A stretch of 64,000 nt of DNA, taken from contig CAVUIA010000006.1 of the NCBI GenBank assembly GCA_963741515.1, forward strand, positions 80,630 through 144,629. Reading direction: 5' to 3'. Below, one piece after another: positions 58,870 to 64,000 of the stretch. Positions within the stretch are counted from its first letter, which is position 1. Every line of letters starts with the position of its first letter. The notes under the pieces were generated by a model that was given only the letters and a program-made list of their open reading frames with translations, was not told the origin of the DNA and did not search any database. The stretch comes from an uncultured bacterium (GTDB lineage Bacteria > Desulfobacterota > Deferrimicrobia > Deferrimicrobiales > Deferrimicrobiaceae). Position numbers and translations under genes: made by a program.

Positions 58870-61377
58870 CTACTCCGATGGGACGAAATTCAGGATGTCC
58901 CCGCGGGTCGTCCCGGAACTGTTGCTGCCGGCGACACGGAAGTAATACGTTGTTCCGGTGGTCAGCCCTGTCAAGGAAGAGCCGATCGCCACGCCGACGG
59001 CGCCGGAGCCGATCGGTACGGACAACGTGCTGGCGTACGTGGAAAGCCCCGCATTCGTCCCGTACTCGAACCATGCATTCGTCGCCAGCCCGTTGGGGTT
59101 GACGGTCCCGTTCAGGGTCGCCGTGGTTGCGCCGAGAGCGGTCGCGGCAGCCGTGGTGGCCGACGGGGCCCCGCCGGGAGTGAAGCTCAGGATCTCCCCG
59201 AGGGTGGTCCCGGAACTGCTGCCGGCGGCGGCACGGTAGTAATAGGTGGTTCCGGTGGTCAGCCCCGTCAACGCGGCGCCGAACGCCATGCCGGCGGTGC
59301 CGGAGCCGACCGCTTCGGACGACGTGCTGGTGTATGTGGAAAGCCCCGAATCCGTCCCGTACTCGAACCATGCATTCGTCGCCAGGCCGTTGGGATTGAC
59401 GTTCCCGTTCAGGCTCGCCGTGGTCGCTCCGATAGAGGTCGCGGCGAGGGTGGCGACCGTCGGAGCCGCACCGGGAGTGAAGCTCAGGATGCTCCCCCGG
59501 GTCTCCCCGGAACTGTTGCCGCCGGCGGCACGGAAGTAATACGTGGTCCCGGGGGTCAGCCCCGTCATTTCAACGGTGACCGGCACGCCGACCGTGCCGG
59601 CGCCGACCGAAACGGTCGATGTATTGTCATAAGCGGCAAGTCCCGAGTCCGTCCCGTACTCGAACCATGCATTGGTCTCCAGACCGTTGGGATCGACGCT
59701 GCCGTTCAGGGTCGCCGTGGTCGCGCCGACGGAGCTTGCGGCAACCGTGGCGACCACGGGAGGACCGGTGACATCGGAAGAGGTGAAACTTGCGATGTCG
59801 CTTTGAACATTCCCCATCGAATTCGACGCGGAGACGCGGAAGTAATATGTGGTGCCTGCCGCCAGCCCGGTGATCGCGGCGTCTACCAGCACATTGTCCG
59901 CTCCGGAACCGATCGATACCGCGGCCGTATTATCGTAGGTCGCCAGGGCAGGGTCCGTGCCGTAGATGAACCAGGCATTGGTCTCGAGGCCGTTCGGTAT
60001 GACATATCCGCGCAGCGTCGCCCCGGTTTGACTCGTATTGTCCGCGCTGCCAACCGTTGCGATCGGCGCCCCGTTGGCGATGAAGTTAAGGATGGGGGTC
60101 CCTCTGGTGGTCCCCGAACTGTTCCAGGCAACGACACGGTAGTAATACGTCGCCCCGGTGGTCAGCCCCATCAGGGTGGTGTGTACCGGCACGCCGACGG
60201 TGCCGGAGCCGACCGTGAAGGTCGTTGTGCTGGTGTACGTGGACAGGGTCGAACTCGTCCCGTACTCGAACCGCACGGACGTCGCCAGCCCGTTGGGGGT
60301 GACATTGCCGTTCAGGACCGCCGTGTTCGCGCCGACGGAGGTCGCGGCGAGGTTGGCGACCGTTGGACGCGCACCGGGAGTGAAGCTCAGGATGCTCCCC
60401 CGGGTCGTCCCGGAACTGTTCGTGGCGGCGACCCGGAAGTAAATCCTTTGCCCCATGGTAAGGCCCGCTATCGTGACGTTTACCGCCACGCTGGTGGTGC
60501 CGGAGCCTACCGACCCGGACGATGTGGAGGTGTAAGTGGCAAGGGTCGAACTCGTCCCGTACTCGAACCATGCGGTCGTCGCCAGGCTGTTGGGGGTCAC
60601 ATTCCCGTTCAGGGTTGCCGTGGTCGAGTTGATGGAGGTCGCGGCGACGGTGGCGGCTACGGGAGGCGCCGGGACATCGGATGAGGTGGTGAAATTCGCG
60701 ATGGAGCTTTTCGCCGTACCCCTCGCATTCGACGAACAGACACGGAAGTAATATATGGTTTCCGCCTCAAGCCCGGTGACGGAAGCGTCGACCGGCACAT
60801 TGTCCATCCCGTAACCGACCGGTTCGGGGGCCGTATTATCGAAAGTCGCCAGCGAGGAGTCGGTGCCGTATTCGAACCAGGCATCGGTTTCGAAGCCGTT
60901 CGGCACGACATTGCCTTTCAGTGTCGCTCCGCTTTGACTTGTATTGTCGGCGCTGCCCACCGAGACTATCGGCGCCGCCCCCAGGGAGGACGTGGTGAAA
61001 TGGAAAATTGCGCCTTTGGTGGGCCCATGACTGTTTTGGGCACAGAACCGGTAGTAATACGTCGTGGTGGCCGCCAGGTTGTTCAGATCCATGTTTACGG
61101 TCTGAATGTCCGTTCCGCTGCCTGCATCCTGCGTGGGAGACGCTATATACGTCCCAAGAGAGGGATCATGACCGTATTCGAACCAGCATTCCGTCTGAAG
61201 GCCGTTCGGGTTGACCGTTCCGTTCAGGACGGCGTCGGTCGGGGGTAAAAGGGTCGGGGCAAGGGTCTTTACTATCGGAGTCGGAACGCCGGGTCCGTTA
61301 ACTACTTCATCGCCTCCTCCTCCTCCTCCACATCCAACGAGGAATACCAGGAGGAAAAAGAAGGAGAGTTTCTTCAC
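58870..61377 (-). CDS. lipoprotein composed of eight tandem FN3-like ~95-aa modules (paralogue of 52935-55263 without the Kelch domain)
   Basis: The GTG at 61377 follows a GAGGGAG RBS. The lipobox is 'LLVFLVGC|GGGGGG'. There are eight repeats with 'A(T/V)L(N/K/R)G.V.PNG(L/F).T.AWFEYG' and '(L/A)..GTTYY(F/Y)R'. The frame is intact. The annotated ORF start at 61491 (MCQD..) seems less likely. Confidence 0.75.
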   Translation of the reverse strand: MKKLSFFFLLVFLVGCGGGGGGDEVVNGPGVPTPIVKTLAPTLLPPTDAVLNGTVNPNGLQTECWFEYGHDPSLGTYIASPTQDAGSGTDIQTVNMDLNNLAATTTYYYRFCAQNSHGPTKGAIFHFTTSSLGAAPIVSVGSADNTSQSGATLKGNVVPNGFETDAWFEYGTDSSLATFDNTAPEPVGYGMDNVPVDASVTGLEAETIYYFRVCSSNARGTAKSSIANFTTSSDVPAPPVAATVAATSINSTTATLNGNVTPNSLATTAWFEYGTSSTLATYTSTSSGSVGSGTTSVAVNVTIAGLTMGQRIYFRVAATNSSGTTRGSILSFTPGARPTVANLAATSVGANTAVLNGNVTPNGLATSVRFEYGTSSTLSTYTSTTTFTVGSGTVGVPVHTTLMGLTTGATYYYRVVAWNSSGTTRGTPILNFIANGAPIATVGSADNTSQTGATLRGYVIPNGLETNAWFIYGTDPALATYDNTAAVSIGSGADNVLVDAAITGLAAGTTYYFRVSASNSMGNVQSDIASFTSSDVTGPPVVATVAASSVGATTATLNGSVDPNGLETNAWFEYGTDSGLAAYDNTSTVSVGAGTVGVPVTVEMTGLTPGTTYYFRAAGGNSSGETRGSILSFTPGAAPTVATLAATSIGATTASLNGNVNPNGLATNAWFEYGTDSGLSTYTSTSSEAVGSGTAGMAFGAALTGLTTGTTYYYRAAAGSSSGTTLGEILSFTPGGAPSATTAAATALGATTATLNGTVNPNGLATNAWFEYGTNAGLSTYASTLSVPIGSGAVGVAIGSSLTGLTTGTTYYFRVAGSNSSGTTRGDILNFVPSE
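60533..60615 (-). repeat. right copy of the 83-bp perfect inverted repeat
   Basis: Exact reverse complement of 53383-53465. Confidence 0.85.
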
Positions 61378-61592
61378 GGCGTGACTCCCTCGGCGGGAAG
61401 GTTGCGATGTTAATAAGATATTAAGACCGTCAAAGCCTCTTGGCAGAATATCGGAATGCAGGGTTGGGGGCAAGATGATGTCTTGGCACACATCGGGTCC
61501 ATCGAAAATATATTCAATAAAATCAGCAATATCAATGCCGATAGGTGAGGTAAACGTTAATGCTCCATTTGTAGCAAGATCGTCCAGTTAAT

Positions 61593-62114
61593 CTACTTCG
61601 GATTCACCGATCGGTAGTCATCGATGAAAATGTCGATCGCATCTCCAAGTATTTTTCGGATGCCCTCATGTGCATTAACCACGGTCCCATACGTCACATC
61701 GACGGATCTCCAGGTGGTCGCCCTGACCGGTTGATTTCCTCTTTTGAGAACGGCGTCCTGAAAGAGAAGCACTTCGATACCATAGGCGGCGACAATGTCG
61801 AGCTCGCCTCCCATGATATTGACGCGGATTTCAGGTCGCCCCGTCTTTCCCCAAACAGGATCTTTCAGGTCATCGTAAACCTTGATCCTGGCGCCCCGGA
61901 GTTTCAATTCGACATCCTTTTTCAACATCGCTTCCGTTATCCCGTGAGACGCAAGCGTTTTATCGCTGTTCCTCACGCTCACCCGTACTCCGGACATCGC
62001 TTTCAGGGATTCGCGCTCGTATTCCGTGCCGCCGAAGACGACGCAGGGAGATGACATCACCCCAACGATGACCGCCAGGACCGCCGTTAACCACTTGCTT
62101 CGGGGAAGAGCCAT
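61593..62114 (-). CDS. hypothetical secreted or membrane-anchored protein, 173 aa
   Basis: It has an N-terminal signal/anchor 'KWLTAVLAVIVGVMSSPCVVFG'. GC is visibly lower than the window average. I do not recognise any motif. Confidence 0.5.
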   Translation of the reverse strand: MALPRSKWLTAVLAVIVGVMSSPCVVFGGTEYERESLKAMSGVRVSVRNSDKTLASHGITEAMLKKDVELKLRGARIKVYDDLKDPVWGKTGRPEIRVNIMGGELDIVAAYGIEVLLFQDAVLKRGNQPVRATTWRSVDVTYGTVVNAHEGIRKILGDAIDIFIDDYRSVNPK

Positions 62115-62249
62115 TGGATTCCTCCGGGGAAGAGGATGCAGGGCAGCGTAAAAGGGGACTATAGCATCCTGTCGGACTCCTGTTTCGGCTCTTCGGGGGC
62201 GGCTCGCTTCGAACCCCGCACGTGAACTATGCGGCCGCCAAAAATGAAG

Positions 62250-62269
62250 AAGCCCCCTTTCGGGGGCTT
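62250..62269 (-). terminator. possible terminator hairpin downstream of tRNA-Glu (aagccccc/gggggctt)
   Basis: 8-bp GC-rich stem with a 4-nt loop. On the minus strand it is followed by cttcaTTTTT. Confidence 0.4.
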
Positions 62270-62278
62270 TGTCATTCG

Positions 62279-62354
62279 TGGCGGTCCCAGCGGGGTTCGA
62301 ACCCGCGTTTTCGCCGTGAGAGGGCGGTGTCCTGGGCCACTAGACGATGGGACC
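62279..62354 (-). tRNA. tRNA-Glu (anticodon CUC)
   Basis: The reverse complement reads GGTCCCATCGTCTAGTGGCCCAGGACACCGCCCTCTCACGGCGAAAACGCGGGTTCGAACCCCGCTGGGACCGCCA, with anticodon loop CTCTCAC. Confidence 0.85.
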
Positions 62355-62357
62355 ATA

Positions 62358-62431
62358 TGGCTGAGGAGCCAGGACTCGAACCTGGAAAGCCTGGTCCAGA
62401 GCCAGGTGTGATGCCATTTCACCACTCCTCA
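62358..62431 (-). tRNA. tRNA-Gln (anticodon CUG)
   Basis: The reverse complement reads TGAGGAGTGGTGAAATGGCATCACACCTGGCTCTGGACCAGGCTTTCCAGGTTCGAGTCCTGGCTCCTCAGCCA. It has a U1-A72 pair and anticodon loop CTCTGGA. Confidence 0.85.

Positions 62432-64000
<1,569 letters not shown>

Noticed and set aside
52950-61300. A possible CRISPR array or other non-coding repeat array, suggested by the regular repetition of similar ~290-bp units.
   Set aside because: The units are in-frame protein modules of about 95 aa with conserved residues. There are no short identical direct repeats separated by unique spacers, and no cas genes.
61378-61491. The N-terminal extension (MCQDIILPPTLHSD...) of the eight-module lipoprotein.
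   Set aside because: There is no RBS, and the extension would place the lipoprotein signal peptide about 38 residues from the N-terminus. GTG 61377 with a GAGGGAG RBS mirrors the start of the paralogue at 52935.
62208-62219. A 12-nt match (ttcgaaccccgc) to the T-arm/acceptor region of the adjacent tRNA-Glu, considered as a possible att-site remnant.
   Set aside because: It is only 12 nt and contains the palindrome TTCGAA. It is in inverted rather than direct orientation relative to the tRNA, and no integrase is nearby. It is compatible with chance.

Overview
This 64-kb window comes from a high-GC bacterial chromosome (roughly two-thirds G+C by eye, not computed). The gene order accA-pheA-aroF-tyrA-aroA-cmk-ispH-rpsA-sppA-ihfB resembles Geobacter/Desulfuromonadota-type genomes, but that is inference only.

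**Layout**
- nt 1-41,400: almost entirely plus-strand housekeeping genes. These are a cytochrome c peroxidase 3' end, tRNA-Leu and tRNA-Cys, gluconeogenesis (class V FBP aldolase/phosphatase plus pgi), mutL-miaA, the aromatic amino-acid supraoperon, rpsA, mutS, amiC, glnD, xerD, trpS, scpAB, rluB, initiator tRNA-fMet, and a livKHMGF-type ABC transporter.
- nt 41,400-52,600: mostly minus strand. It holds the glycine-cleavage operon gcvT-gcvH-gcvPA-gcvPB plus a lipoate ligase, an SDR, two aldo/keto reductases and a PAS-GAF-PAS hybrid histidine kinase.
- nt 52,600-62,200: looks accessory. Two paralogous lipoproteins built from FN3-like ~95-aa modules (one with a 6-blade Kelch propeller) sit in inverted orientation around a three-gene cassette, followed by one secreted orphan protein.
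- The window ends with gltX-tRNA-Gln-tRNA-Glu.

**Best candidate for an undescribed system.** The three-gene cassette at 55,366-58,853 encodes:
- a Cas4-like Fe-S PD-(D/E)XK nuclease fused to a DEDDy exonuclease;
- an M48 peptidase fused to a TerB-like domain;
- an orphan protein.

This call rests on motif reading only.

**Main anomaly.** Frameshifting indels are distributed very unevenly. I traced about 25 in gcvPA/gcvPB, four +1 shifts in one lipoprotein gene, and single homopolymer indels in essential genes (trpS, gltX, glnD, livG). No in-frame stops occur in the corrected frames. I think assembly or polishing error is more likely than real gene decay, but it needs checking.

No CRISPR array, rRNA, transposase or prophage was seen.
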